Below are positions 20,745-30,546 of a stretch of 52,663 nt of DNA, piece after piece (position 1 is the stretch's first letter; each line of letters opens with the position of its first letter). Where the stretch lies: the NCBI GenBank assembly GCA_913042035.1, contig CAJWIN010000003.1, positions 1-52,663 on the forward strand, read 5' to 3'. The position numbers and the translations under genes are program-made. The notes under the pieces are model-generated. The model was not told the origin of the DNA and did not search any database. It worked only from the letters and a program-made list of their open reading frames with translations. The DNA is from an uncultured Gammaproteobacteria bacterium. Its GTDB lineage: Bacteria; Pseudomonadota; Gammaproteobacteria; Poriferisulfidales; GCA-002705445.

Positions 20745-21628
20745 TCGTTAAATATTCCTGTTGATATATATCTGTCACCGCGATCGCAGATAATTGAAAC
20801 AATGATTGCATTATTTTCTTTTTTTGCGACCTCAAGCGCTACCAAGGTAGTACCTCCGGATGAAGGACCTGAAAATATTCCCTCTTTTTTAGCTAACTCT
20901 CTAGTCATATTTTCAGCTTCTTTTTGCTTAATATATACAATTTCATCGATATTTTTTTCATCGTAAATTTTTGGTATATATTCTTTTGGCCACTTTCTTA
21001 TTCCTGGAATTGATGATCCCTCCTCAGGCTGAACGCCAATTATTTTTATTTCTGGGTTCATAGATTTAAGATATTTAGCCGTTCCAACTATTGTTCCTGT
21101 GGTCCCCATAGAGGCGACAAAATGAGTAACTTTTCCATCAGTATCTTTCCAAATTTCTGGTCCTGTTGAACTAACATGTGCCTCTGAATTATCTTCATTT
21201 GCAAATTGATTTAGCACATAGCCTTTTTTTTCACTTTGCATTTTTAGAGCCAAATCTCTGGCACCTTCCATTCCTTCTTGCTCTGTAACAAGCATTATAT
21301 TAGCTCCATATGCTGACATTGCCGCTCTTCTTTCTATGCTCATATTATCTGGCATAATTAAAATTAGTTTATAACCTTTAATCGCGCAAACCATTGCAAG
21401 TGCTATTCCTGTATTACCACTTGTTGCTTCGATTATAGTATCACCTAATTTTATAGCTCCTTTTTTCTCAGCGCTAGATATCATATTCATAGCCGCTCTA
21501 TCTTTAACTGATCCTGCAGGATTATCGCCTTCAAGTTTAACGAATAAGCGATTATTAGTTTTATTTAGTTTTTTTAATTCTACTAAGGGAGTATTCCCAA
21601 TTAAAGAACTTATGCTTTTTATATTCAT
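20741..21628 (-). CDS. cysM: Cysteine synthase B
   Basis: KLEGDNPAGSVKDR, EATSGNTG, SMGTTGT, IPGIRKWP, CDRGDRY. Confidence 0.95.
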   Translation of the reverse strand: MNIKSISSLIGNTPLVELKKLNKTNNRLFVKLEGDNPAGSVKDRAAMNMISSAEKKGAIKLGDTIIEATSGNTGIALAMVCAIKGYKLILIMPDNMSIERRAAMSAYGANIMLVTEQEGMEGARDLALKMQSEKKGYVLNQFANEDNSEAHVSSTGPEIWKDTDGKVTHFVASMGTTGTIVGTAKYLKSMNPEIKIIGVQPEEGSSIPGIRKWPKEYIPKIYDEKNIDEIVYIKQKEAENMTRELAKKEGIFSGPSSGGTTLVALEVAKKENNAIIVSIICDRGDRYISTGIFNE

Positions 21629-21630
21629 AT

Positions 21631-22008
21631 TTACTTAGTTAATATAAGTGCATTTGCAATTGCAAATTTTTTTTCGTCTGAAATTGTTAAATGTATAGTT
21701 TTGTCAAAATATTTTTCAAATTCTTTTTTTTTATTTAATTTTGCTATTGGTTTTCCGTATTCATCATTATGAACTGAAATATTTTTTAATAGATATCCAT
21801 TCAAAATTCCTATTCCAAAAGCTTTTCCAATTGCTTCTTTTGCTGCAAATCTTTTAGCTAAAAAGGATATTTTATTTTTAGATAAATCAAAACTTTTGAT
21901 TTCATTATCACTTAAAATTTTTTTCACAAACTTTCTATCATATTTCAAATATATTTTTTTTATTCTTTCGATATCTACTATGTCTACCCCGATTCCAAAT
22001 AAATTCAT
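21631..22008 (-). CDS. acpS: Holo-ACP synthase
   Basis: GIGVDIV, FLAKRFAAKEA, GKP, LTISDE. Confidence 0.96.
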   Translation of the reverse strand: MNLFGIGVDIVDIERIKKIYLKYDRKFVKKILSDNEIKSFDLSKNKISFLAKRFAAKEAIGKAFGIGILNGYLLKNISVHNDEYGKPIAKLNKKKEFEKYFDKTIHLTISDEKKFAIANALILTK

Positions 22009-22009
22009 A

Positions 22010-22726
22010 TTAATTACTCACGATTATATTTTTCATTTTATTTATTGCTTCTGCTAGACCAAGAAAAATTGATTCTGCTATTATAGAATGACCTATATTT
22101 AATTCATTTATATTGCTTATTCTAGCAATTTCTTTAACATTAGTATAATCAAGTCCGTGTCCAGCATTTACTATTAGAGATTTATTATGTGCATGATTTA
22201 CGGAATTTATAATTTGCTCTATATATTTTTTCTTGTCCAAATTATTTGCCTCAGCATATTTTCCAGTATGTAACTCTATTGCTCCAACATTTAACTCTTT
22301 TGCTAAATCAATAGTTTGTATGTCTGGTTCTATAAATAATGAAATTAATGATCCCGAATCCTTTAAATTATGAATTATGTTTTTTAAAGACTCGAAATTT
22401 TTTTTTACATCAAGCCCTCCCTCAGTGGTAAGTTCTTGTCTTTTTTCTGGAACAATACATACAAAGTCTGGTTTAACCTGATTTGCAATCTCACACATTT
22501 CTAGCGTAGGTGCCATTTCTAAGTTAAGTTTAGTTTTTATATGTTCTCTAGCAATTTTTATATCATTAAATTGAATATGTCTCCTGTCTTCCCTTAGATG
22601 CATAGTGATACTATCTGCACCACTATCCTCAGATATCTTTATTGCTTTAAGCATATCTGGGTATGGTGTATATCTTTGCTGCCTTATAGTAGCGACATGA
22701 TCTAAATTAACGCCAAGTTTTACCAT
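22010..22726 (-). CDS. pdxJ: Pyridoxine 5'-phosphate synthase
   Basis: LGVNLDHVATIR, HLREDRRHI, NLEM, ELTTEGGLD, ELHTG, NAGHGL. Confidence 0.97.
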   Translation of the reverse strand: MVKLGVNLDHVATIRQQRYTPYPDMLKAIKISEDSGADSITMHLREDRRHIQFNDIKIAREHIKTKLNLEMAPTLEMCEIANQVKPDFVCIVPEKRQELTTEGGLDVKKNFESLKNIIHNLKDSGSLISLFIEPDIQTIDLAKELNVGAIELHTGKYAEANNLDKKKYIEQIINSVNHAHNKSLIVNAGHGLDYTNVKEIARISNINELNIGHSIIAESIFLGLAEAINKMKNIIVSN

Positions 22727-22737
22727 ATTTTTTCCTT

Positions 22738-23421
22738 TTAATTTAACGAAATGTATTTAAGTATTTCTCTTGTTTTGATTTTTTTTGGCTGTATATAATA
22801 ATCTATTAGTCTTTTCATTAATACCCTTGATTCCTTAATACTTTTACTATTGTAAGCATGCCTACCTGATAAGGCCATTAAGGTTTCTCCAGAGTAAAAT
22901 TCTTTGAGGTTGGAGGTTACTTTGGGGCCAAAATTAGGTATGTATGTGTATTTTTTTGCAGAATCAATTATTTTTCCGTCCGAGTCATAATCAAAGGTTA
23001 AATAATGTCCAGTTAAAATCAATATTCCAATTTCATAATCATTGAGATTGACAAGGATATTATCAGAATTTTTTAAATTTCGTAAACTACTATTATAATG
23101 ATCATATAATTTTTCAATTTGATATTCGTTTCTTGTTAGGTAGTGCATTATTTCATTATAATACATACCAATTACATTATGCGTTGGAGACAAATCAAGT
23201 CTATCAATTGATTCGTAATCTCTAATAAATTTTATATCGCTTTTTCCAGACCAATTTATTTTATAGGGGCTAAAAAGCTCTAGGGAATTTTTTTTCTTAT
23301 TTGTTTTTATGCCCTTATGAATTAAAGTAATTTTTCCGTAATCTTTAGCAATAGCATCATAAATATTACTAGATTCTCGATATGGGGTAATTTTTATTAT
23401 ATAAATTTCAGATGTATGCAT
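22738..23421 (-). CDS. recO: DNA repair protein RecO (divergent)
   Basis: PYRESS N-terminal motif, MYYNE, position between era and pdxJ. Confidence 0.85.
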   Translation of the reverse strand: MHTSEIYIIKITPYRESSNIYDAIAKDYGKITLIHKGIKTNKKKNSLELFSPYKINWSGKSDIKFIRDYESIDRLDLSPTHNVIGMYYNEIMHYLTRNEYQIEKLYDHYNSSLRNLKNSDNILVNLNDYEIGILILTGHYLTFDYDSDGKIIDSAKKYTYIPNFGPKVTSNLKEFYSGETLMALSGRHAYNSKSIKESRVLMKRLIDYYIQPKKIKTREILKYISLN

Positions 23422-24300
23422 TTAGCTATATGAATTAAGAATTGAGTCTGTATTCTTCCATTTTGGATCGTATTTAACAAATATTTTTAAATAAACTTTC
23501 TTCTTAAAAAAATTTTCAGAATTAATCCTAGCCATTTTGCTTATTTTTACAAGCATTGATCCATTTTTTCCAACTACAATACTCAAATGACTTTTTTTCT
23601 TTAAATATACTGTTGATGCTATTGATACAATATCTTTTTCTTTATCAAGTTTATTAATTTCAACATGCAAAGAGTATGGCAATTCAACCGAAAGGTGTTT
23701 AATGCATGCTTCTCTGATATATTCTGCTACAAAAAATTCATTAGAATTGTGGCTTAAAATGTCTTGGTAAATATTCTTATTATTTTTTGGAAGGTAAGAT
23801 TTGATTAATTTCTTCAAATTAATAATATTGCTTGAATTCTTAGCACTTATTGGAATTATTTCGTTATATACATCAGTGATCTCTATTGGAATTTGAGAAA
23901 GTATTTTTGGAAGATTTTTCCTTTTATTATCTAAATCAACCTTATTTAGAACAAGTATTTTTGGTAAGTCTGTTGCACTAATATTCTCAATGACTTTAAT
24001 ATCATCTTTATCAATTTTAAAGTAATTAACTACATGTAATATTACATCTGCTTCAATCAATGTAGATAATGCATTCCTATTTAATATTTTATTAAAATCT
24101 TTTTTAATATTAAAGTTTAACCCTGGTGTATCAACAAATAAATAGCTTGTGTCATCTTCGTTTAATACTGCGTCTATTTTATGCCTAGTTGTCTGTGGTT
24201 TACTTGTTGCGCCTGCCAAATGTTTTTTAATGAGCATATTAAATAAAGTTGACTTACCTACGTTGGGCTTTCCAATTATTGAAATATTTCCACTACTCAT
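23422..24300 (-). CDS. era: GTPase Era
   Basis: GKPNVGKS, KPQTTR, DTPG, NKVD, ELPY, KH domain (VVGKNG). Confidence 0.95.
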   Translation of the reverse strand: MSSGNISIIGKPNVGKSTLFNMLIKKHLAGATSKPQTTRHKIDAVLNEDDTSYLFVDTPGLNFNIKKDFNKILNRNALSTLIEADVILHVVNYFKIDKDDIKVIENISATDLPKILVLNKVDLDNKRKNLPKILSQIPIEITDVYNEIIPISAKNSSNIINLKKLIKSYLPKNNKNIYQDILSHNSNEFFVAEYIREACIKHLSVELPYSLHVEINKLDKEKDIVSIASTVYLKKKSHLSIVVGKNGSMLVKISKMARINSENFFKKKVYLKIFVKYDPKWKNTDSILNSYS

Positions 24301-24976
24301 CTTTTTTAAAAATTTCTGAAATTTTATTTAAAGCTTTACTTGCAGCCTCTTGCTGAGATTTTCTTTTATTGCTTCCTAAACCCTCCTCACAAATATTATA
24401 TACTTTAATACTACAAGATGTCTTAAAGCTTATATTATTATTTAAATTTATCTCTGTGGTATCATAGTCTGGAAGATCATAGTTATGAGATTGCAAAATT
24501 TCCTGAAGTTTTGTTTTAGAATCTTTTAGATCATCATTATTTGGAAGCGAACTCATTGAATCCTTAAACACATTATGAACAAACTTTGTCGCAGAATCTA
24601 TGCCCTCAACTAGATAAACTACACCTATTATTGCCTCTAGTGCATCTGCAATTATAGATTCTCTTCTGTGACCCCCACTTTTTCTTTCTCCATCCCCTAA
24701 AATAACTTTATCACCAAGATTATGAAATTTTGCTATTTTATACAGACTTTCCTTTCTAACTAAATATGATCTCTTTCTGCTCAATGCACCTTCATCGTCA
24801 TTGGGATAATTTTTATAAAGGTATTCAGCGATAACAAATCCTAAAACGGAATCTCCAAAAAATTCTAGGCGTTCATTATTTTTACTACTGGCGCTTCTGT
24901 GTGTTAACGAATCTTTATATAATTTTGAATTTATAATTTCTTTAGATAATAATTTTTCAATATCAGATTTATTCAT
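24293..24976 (-). CDS. rnc: Ribonuclease III
   Basis: LTHRS, NERLEFFGD, ADALEAIIG, dsRBD (KTKLQE, QQEAA). Confidence 0.96.
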   Translation of the reverse strand: MNKSDIEKLLSKEIINSKLYKDSLTHRSASSKNNERLEFFGDSVLGFVIAEYLYKNYPNDDEGALSRKRSYLVRKESLYKIAKFHNLGDKVILGDGERKSGGHRRESIIADALEAIIGVVYLVEGIDSATKFVHNVFKDSMSSLPNNDDLKDSKTKLQEILQSHNYDLPDYDTTEINLNNNISFKTSCSIKVYNICEEGLGSNKRKSQQEAASKALNKISEIFKKDE

Positions 24977-24983
24977 GTAATAA

Positions 24984-25745
24984 TTATTTTATAGAATTAC
25001 CAATCCTATTATATTTTAAACTAAAGTTTTTGCTATTAAAACTCATCCATATCAAGAATGCTTCTCCAACAAGATTTTCTTCGGGTACAAAACCCCAGTA
25101 TCTACTATCACTGCTATGATCTCTATTATCGCCCATAACAAAGTAATTTTTTTCAGGAACTTCAAATTCATGATCATTCGCTGGGCTCATATTATCATTT
25201 AAAATATTATATTTTTTGTTATCTTGATTTTCTATAAATATATCCAATTCTGTTCTTCCAAAATCATCTATGTACTGATGTGTTATTTGTCTATTTTTTT
25301 TATACTCAATATTATTTACGTAAACCTTCTTGTTTATATATTTTATTTTATCTCCTGGAATCCCAATAACTCTTTTTATAAAATTGATTTTTTCGTTTGC
25401 AGGATATCTGAAAACAACTACATCTCCTCTTTGAGGTTTTGATATTTCAATTACTTGCGTTTTTGTAATTGGTAATTTTATTCCATACTCATATTTATTT
25501 ACGAGTATATAATCTCCAATTAGTAATGTTGGTAGCATTGAGCCAGATGGTATTCGAAATGGCTCAGCCAAAAAAGATCTTAAAAATAGAACAATAAGAA
25601 GTATAGGTAAAAATGATTTTGCCTGCCTATTAAGCCACTCAAAAATTTTATTTTTTTTATTTACATTTTTTTTATTTAGAAATATAAATAAAAAACTGAC
25701 AAAAATTAATAAAACTAATATAAACTCTAGATCTATACTATTCAT
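24984..25745 (-). CDS. lepB: Signal peptidase I
   Basis: EPFRIPSGSMLPTL, IKRVIG, MGDNRDHSSDSRYWG. Confidence 0.97.
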   Translation of the reverse strand: MNSIDLEFILVLLIFVSFLFIFLNKKNVNKKNKIFEWLNRQAKSFLPILLIVLFLRSFLAEPFRIPSGSMLPTLLIGDYILVNKYEYGIKLPITKTQVIEISKPQRGDVVVFRYPANEKINFIKRVIGIPGDKIKYINKKVYVNNIEYKKNRQITHQYIDDFGRTELDIFIENQDNKKYNILNDNMSPANDHEFEVPEKNYFVMGDNRDHSSDSRYWGFVPEENLVGEAFLIWMSFNSKNFSLKYNRIGNSIK

Positions 25746-25776
25746 TTATGTTTTCTTCAAATAAATTAAGTGATTA

Positions 25777-26136
25777 TTAATCTTTTTTTAGAACTGTAAG
25801 AACATCTTCTAATTCAGATACTAGTTGATTTACTAATTGCGAAGACAAGTTATTATCATTACTTACATCATCTCCTAATAGTTTCTTTCTAGCCCCTTCT
25901 ATTGTATAACCTTGCTCATACAAAAGGCTTCTGATTTGCCTTATCAATAAAACGTCATGCCTTTGATAATATCTTCTATTTCCTCTTCTTTTTGCAGGTG
26001 ATAGAGATGGAAATTCTTGTTCCCAATATCTTAAAACGTGAGATTTTACATCACATAACTCACTTACCTCGCCAATTGTAAAATACCTTTTGCTAGGGAT
26101 TGATTCGTTATGTTTTCCGTTACTCACTAAATGCAT
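25777..26136 (-). CDS. MerR-family HTH regulator (ihfA-associated)
   Basis: [32 protein letters not shown]; the real start may be the GTG at 26127 overlapping the ihfA end. Confidence 0.92.
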   Translation of the reverse strand: MHLVSNGKHNESIPSKRYFTIGEVSELCDVKSHVLRYWEQEFPSLSPAKRRGNRRYYQRHDVLLIRQIRSLLYEQGYTIEGARKKLLGDDVSNDNNLSSQLVNQLVSELEDVLTVLKKD

Positions 26137-26416
26137 TATTTTCTACTCTAGATTTTAATTTCTGTCCAGCCCTAAAAGTTACAACTCTTCTTGGGCTGAT
26201 TGTCACGTCCTCGCCTGTTTTTGGATTCCTTCCTGGACGCTCTTTTTTATCTCTTAAAATAAAATTTCCAAAGCCAGAAATTTTTACATCTAATCCAGAA
26301 ATTAATGTTTCTGATATTTCATTAAAGAAAATTTCTACAAATTCTTTCGCTTCTCTTTTATTTAAGCCTAACTCTTCGTATAAAGTGTCAGCTATTTCAG
26401 CTTTTGTAAGTGCCAT
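26120..26416 (-). CDS. ihfA: Integration host factor alpha
   Basis: [36 protein letters not shown]; follows pheT. Confidence 0.98.
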   Translation of the reverse strand: MALTKAEIADTLYEELGLNKREAKEFVEIFFNEISETLISGLDVKISGFGNFILRDKKERPGRNPKTGEDVTISPRRVVTFRAGQKLKSRVENNAFSE

Positions 26417-26431
26417 TAATATACCTAAGTA

Positions 26432-28393
26432 TTATTTTCTTAATTCTATTTTAAATTCATCTTCAAGACTTTTTACAATTTTTCCAACATATATATCAGC
26501 TTCTTCATGCGTAAGTGTTTTTGCATCATCTTGAAAAATAAAAGCCAAACCTAAGCTTTTTTTCCCTTTCGGGACATTTTTTCCTATATACAAATCAAAG
26601 AGTAATATTTTTTTTAAAGAATGTACATTAATTTTTTGTATTAATTCTAAAATACTTTGATATTCAATATTAACGTCTATTAAGAAGGATAAGTCCCTTC
26701 TAATATATGGCAATTTAGAGTAATGAACAAACTTTTCCTTTAAATTATTTTCAATTTTACTTATTAAGTGATTAATAGATAGTGTTAGTGTTATGTACTT
26801 TGACTTATTATCAATTATTTCTTTAATTTGATAATCAAAGTCACTTTTTGCTAGTCCAAAAATTCTAGAAAGATCTTCTACTATCGTTGTCATATCGTAT
26901 TTATCAAATTTTCTATTTTTAGATGACCAATTTTCGTCATATCTATCCCCATGTACAACACAAGATAGAACTTGATTGACATCTTCATCAAATACATTGC
27001 TTATCTCAAAAAATCTGTGAGAATTTTCAGCATTTACATTATTATTAAATTGAATATTCTTTATTAGTGACGAAACTAAATTACTTCTAAGTTTATTTTG
27101 TTCAGTACTCATAAAGTTTGAAATTCTCATGTGTTTTTCAAAATTATTATTTTTCCAATCATTGTTTTCAAGCAAATCATCATTTACAAAAGAGTAATTT
27201 ATACATTCAGAATAACTATTTTTATAAAAATATTGTTTAATTTCATTAATTATCTCAAAAGGGAGATATTTTTTGTTTGGAGCGATACTTAATTTTTCAG
27301 AGGAGACTGGAATATTATCGTATCCATACAACCTAGCAACTTCTTCAACATAATCTGCATGTATAGACAAGTCGTATCTATAACTTGGGTTCGTTACTGA
27401 GTTATTTTTTTTATTGTATTTGCATCCGATTGATAATAGTAATTCTATAATCTCAGTATCTTGAATATTTATACCTATCTGACTTCTTATTTTTTCAAAA
27501 TTTAATTCAACCTCAGAAGAAGCTGGAAGCAAAGTCACATCTTCAATAATGTTAATGTCTGAAAACTCACATATTTTTATTTCATAAATAATATCAATAA
27601 ATCTATTTAACGCTTTATTTGGTAGTTCAAAATCAACTCCTCTCTCAAATCTATGTGAGGATTCTGTTTGTAATTTTAATTTTCTTGCTTTATTTGCAAG
27701 CAATTTTGGATTAAAAAAAGCACTTTCTATAATTATATTTTTCGTTTTCTTAGTTACAGCAGAATCCTGAGATCCAATTATGCCCGCTAAAGATATTATG
27801 TTTTTTGAGTCAGAGACAACAATATTTTCTGAGGTTAATTTATATTCTATTCCGTCTAAAGCTTTAAAGGATTCATTTTGTTTCGCATATCTTATACTTA
27901 TATCACCTGAAATTTTATCAGCATCATAGGCATGCATTGGCTGTCCCAAATCTATCATTAAATAATTAAGCAAATCTACAATTGGGTGAATTGATTTTAT
28001 TCCAATATTTTGCAATCTTTTACTAATAATTTCTGGCAAAGCACATTCAGAATTAATATTCTTTAAATAAATATATTCGTATCTCGGACATAATTCCTTA
28101 TTTGTTATATTGAAATTTATTTTTGAATTTTCACAATAATCATAGGAAACATTATTTTCTTTAATTATTTGTTCTTTATATTTCTTATTAATGCTTTTAA
28201 GTTCTCTGGAGATTCCAGAAACTGATAGGCAGTCAGATCTATTAGGTGTCAAGTCGATATCTATAAGTTCATCGTTGTTAATTTTAGATATTTCGTCAAC
28301 CTCAAGTCCAGCCATTGTTAATTCATGACAAATTTCTTCTATGCTTCCAGAAGTTTCCAAATGATCATCAAGCCAGCTTTTCGTAATTTTCAT
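26432..28393 (-). CDS. pheT: Phenylalanine--tRNA ligase beta subunit (shortened, no B2 domain)
   Basis: LTMAGLEVD, TPNRSDCLS, GQPMHAYD, RFERGVD, EEVARLYGY, C-terminal FDX-ACB (RRDLSF, KKSL); 653 aa. Confidence 0.95.
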   Translation of the reverse strand: MKITKSWLDDHLETSGSIEEICHELTMAGLEVDEISKINNDELIDIDLTPNRSDCLSVSGISRELKSINKKYKEQIIKENNVSYDYCENSKINFNITNKELCPRYEYIYLKNINSECALPEIISKRLQNIGIKSIHPIVDLLNYLMIDLGQPMHAYDADKISGDISIRYAKQNESFKALDGIEYKLTSENIVVSDSKNIISLAGIIGSQDSAVTKKTKNIIIESAFFNPKLLANKARKLKLQTESSHRFERGVDFELPNKALNRFIDIIYEIKICEFSDINIIEDVTLLPASSEVELNFEKIRSQIGINIQDTEIIELLLSIGCKYNKKNNSVTNPSYRYDLSIHADYVEEVARLYGYDNIPVSSEKLSIAPNKKYLPFEIINEIKQYFYKNSYSECINYSFVNDDLLENNDWKNNNFEKHMRISNFMSTEQNKLRSNLVSSLIKNIQFNNNVNAENSHRFFEISNVFDEDVNQVLSCVVHGDRYDENWSSKNRKFDKYDMTTIVEDLSRIFGLAKSDFDYQIKEIIDNKSKYITLTLSINHLISKIENNLKEKFVHYSKLPYIRRDLSFLIDVNIEYQSILELIQKINVHSLKKILLFDLYIGKNVPKGKKSLGLAFIFQDDAKTLTHEEADIYVGKIVKSLEDEFKIELRK

Positions 28394-28396
28394 ATT

Positions 28397-29410
28397 CTAC
28401 ATTCTCTGAAATTGCTTTAAAAATCTTAAATCATTTTCATAAAATAATCTTAAATCTGTGATACCTAGCTTAAGCATAGCTAATCTCTCTACTCCTAATC
28501 CAAATGCGTAACCACTATAAATAGATGAATCAATTTTAGCCATATCAAGTACGTTAGGATGAACCATTCCACAACCCAAAATTTCTAACCAATTTTTATT
28601 GCCTTTGGAATCTACATACTCGATATCTACTTCAGCGGAAGGCTCTGTAAATGGAAAATATGATGGTCTAAATCTAATCTTTAAGTCGTCTTGCTCAAAA
28701 AAACTTTTTAAAAAAATATTAATAATTGACTTTAAATTAGAAAAGGAGACTTCTTTGTCGATATATAGACCCTCAATTTGATGAAACATTGGTGTATGTG
28801 TTATGTCAGAATCTTTCCTATATACTTTTCCAGGAGCAATTATTCTAATAGGGGGGTCTTGTTGATCCATTGTTCTAACCTGCACTGAAGAAGTGTGAGT
28901 TCTTAGCAAGAAATTATTATCAAGATAAAATGTATCATGCATTGCTCTAGCTGGATGTGATTCAGGAATATTTAATGCTGAGAAGTTATGAAATTCATCT
29001 TCAACTTCTGGTCCCTCAACACATTCAAATTTTAGAGACTCAAAAATCTCAATCGATTTACCCATTATCTTGGTTATTGGATGAATGCTACCAACAGATG
29101 ATGATCTGCCAGGCATTGTTAAATCAAATTCGTCTTTGGAATTAATCGAAACTTTACTAAGCAATGCTTTTCTTTCTTCTAGAATACTATTTATAGCGTT
29201 TTTGACATTATTTAAACTTTTACCAGCTATAGCCTTCTCCTCAGAATTTAATTCTGAGAGCGATTTCATGAAACTGTTTAGTGAACTTTTTTTACCAAGA
29301 AATTTGACCCTCATTGACTCTAGTTCATCTAAGTTATTGACGGCTTTAATTGATTTTGTTGCTTCTTCTAGAACTTTTTTTAAATCGTTTTTTAAAGTAT
29401 TGCCAGACAT
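28397..29410 (-). CDS. pheS: Phenylalanine--tRNA ligase alpha subunit
   Basis: HPARAMHDTF, LRTHTS, FHQIEG, FPFTEPSAE, AFGLGVER. Confidence 0.98.
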   Translation of the reverse strand: MSGNTLKNDLKKVLEEATKSIKAVNNLDELESMRVKFLGKKSSLNSFMKSLSELNSEEKAIAGKSLNNVKNAINSILEERKALLSKVSINSKDEFDLTMPGRSSSVGSIHPITKIMGKSIEIFESLKFECVEGPEVEDEFHNFSALNIPESHPARAMHDTFYLDNNFLLRTHTSSVQVRTMDQQDPPIRIIAPGKVYRKDSDITHTPMFHQIEGLYIDKEVSFSNLKSIINIFLKSFFEQDDLKIRFRPSYFPFTEPSAEVDIEYVDSKGNKNWLEILGCGMVHPNVLDMAKIDSSIYSGYAFGLGVERLAMLKLGITDLRLFYENDLRFLKQFQRM

Positions 29411-29769
29411 TATGCTGCAAGTTGTGACTTCGCTTCTTTTGCAATTGCAGCAAAAGTTTCAATATCATTCATTGCTAAATCCGCGAGAATTTTTCTATCT
29501 ATTTCAATTTCTGCTTTACTCAACCCATTAATTAAAGAACTATAACTGAGGTCATACATTCTAGCAGCCGCATTAATTCTTACTATCCATAAAGCTCTAA
29601 AAGTTCTCTTTTTTTGTTTCCTGTCTCTGTAAGCATACTGCCCAGCTTTAGTTACAGCTTGTGTAGCAACCCTATATATGTTTTTTCTTGCACCATAATA
29701 GCCTTTTGCTTTTGCTTTAACTTTCTTATGTCTTGCATGTGCAATAACGCCTCTTTTTACTCTTGACAT
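29410..29769 (-). CDS. rplT: 50S ribosomal protein L20
   Basis: [34 protein letters not shown]. Confidence 0.99.
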   Translation of the reverse strand: MSRVKRGVIAHARHKKVKAKAKGYYGARKNIYRVATQAVTKAGQYAYRDRKQKKRTFRALWIVRINAAARMYDLSYSSLINGLSKAEIEIDRKILADLAMNDIETFAAIAKEAKSQLAA

Positions 29770-29786
29770 CTTTTACTTACTCCAAA

Positions 29787-29984
29787 TTAAATATAAGGCA
29801 GCAATTTTTTAACTGCTGGTGTATCAACTTTTTCAACTAAATCAGGGGATCTTAAAGAACGTTTACGCTTTGTACTTTTTTTTGTCAGGATATGTCTTAA
29901 ATGCGATCTTTTGCACTTAAATTTTCCTGAGGAAGTTGCTTTAAATCTTTTTGCAGCACCCCTATTTGTTTTTAACTTTGGCAT
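29787..29984 (-). CDS. rpmI: 50S ribosomal protein L35
   Basis: [20 protein letters not shown]. Confidence 0.98.
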   Translation of the reverse strand: MPKLKTNRGAAKRFKATSSGKFKCKRSHLRHILTKKSTKRKRSLRSPDLVEKVDTPAVKKLLPYI

Positions 29985-29999
29985 TTTCTTTCCTTTTTT

Positions 30000-30515
30000 T
30001 TATTTTCTTGGCGCAATAACCATAACTATTTGTCTACCTTCAAATTTTGGGCTTTGCTCAACTTCCGCAACGTCCTCTAAATCTTTTTCTATCCTCTCAA
30101 CTTGCTTCATTCCTAATTCTTTGTGAGCAAGCTCTCTTCCTCTAAATCTAATAGTAATTTTTGCTTTATCACCATCAGTTATAAATCTTCTTAAATTTGT
30201 AAGTTTTGTTTGGTAATCATTTTCTTCAGTACCAGGCCTTAACTTAATCTCTTTAACTTGCTGTTGCTTTTGTTTCTTTTTTGCTTGTTGAGCTTTTTTA
30301 TTTTGCTCAAATCTAAATTTCCCATAGTTCATTACTTTACACACTGGCGGCTTTGCATTTGGTGTTACTTCTACCAAATCAAGATCTGCTTCCTTTGCAA
30401 TTTCTAGTGCGTCATTTATTTTAACAACTCCTAGATTCTCTCCTTCTACTCCGATTAATCTAACCTCAGGGGTTTTAATACTCTGATTAAGTCTTGTATA
30501 TTTGTCTGAACTAAT
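30000..30515 (-). CDS. infC: Translation initiation factor IF-3 (AUU start)
   Basis: The frame stays open 46 codons upstream of the track's start ([22 protein letters not shown]...ADLDLVEV). The ATT at 30515 lies 7 nt after an AGGAG SD. An AUU start is the established infC autoregulatory feature. Confidence 0.95.
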   Translation of the reverse strand: MSSDKYTRLNQSIKTPEVRLIGVEGENLGVVKINDALEIAKEADLDLVEVTPNAKPPVCKVMNYGKFRFEQNKKAQQAKKKQKQQQVKEIKLRPGTEENDYQTKLTNLRRFITDGDKAKITIRFRGRELAHKELGMKQVERIEKDLEDVAEVEQSPKFEGRQIVMVIAPRK

Positions 30516-30546
30516 TTCTACTCTCCTATTATATACTAAATTATTA

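Noticed and set aside
24850-24880. RNase III signature reads ERLEFFGD instead of ERLEFLGD
   Set aside because: This is a conservative substitution; the catalytic acidic residues are intact.
26100-26534. 144-aa plus-strand ORF
   Set aside because: It is an antisense shadow of ihfA and pheT with no recognisable motif.
29085-29531. 148-aa plus-strand ORF
   Set aside because: It is an antisense shadow of pheS and rplT.
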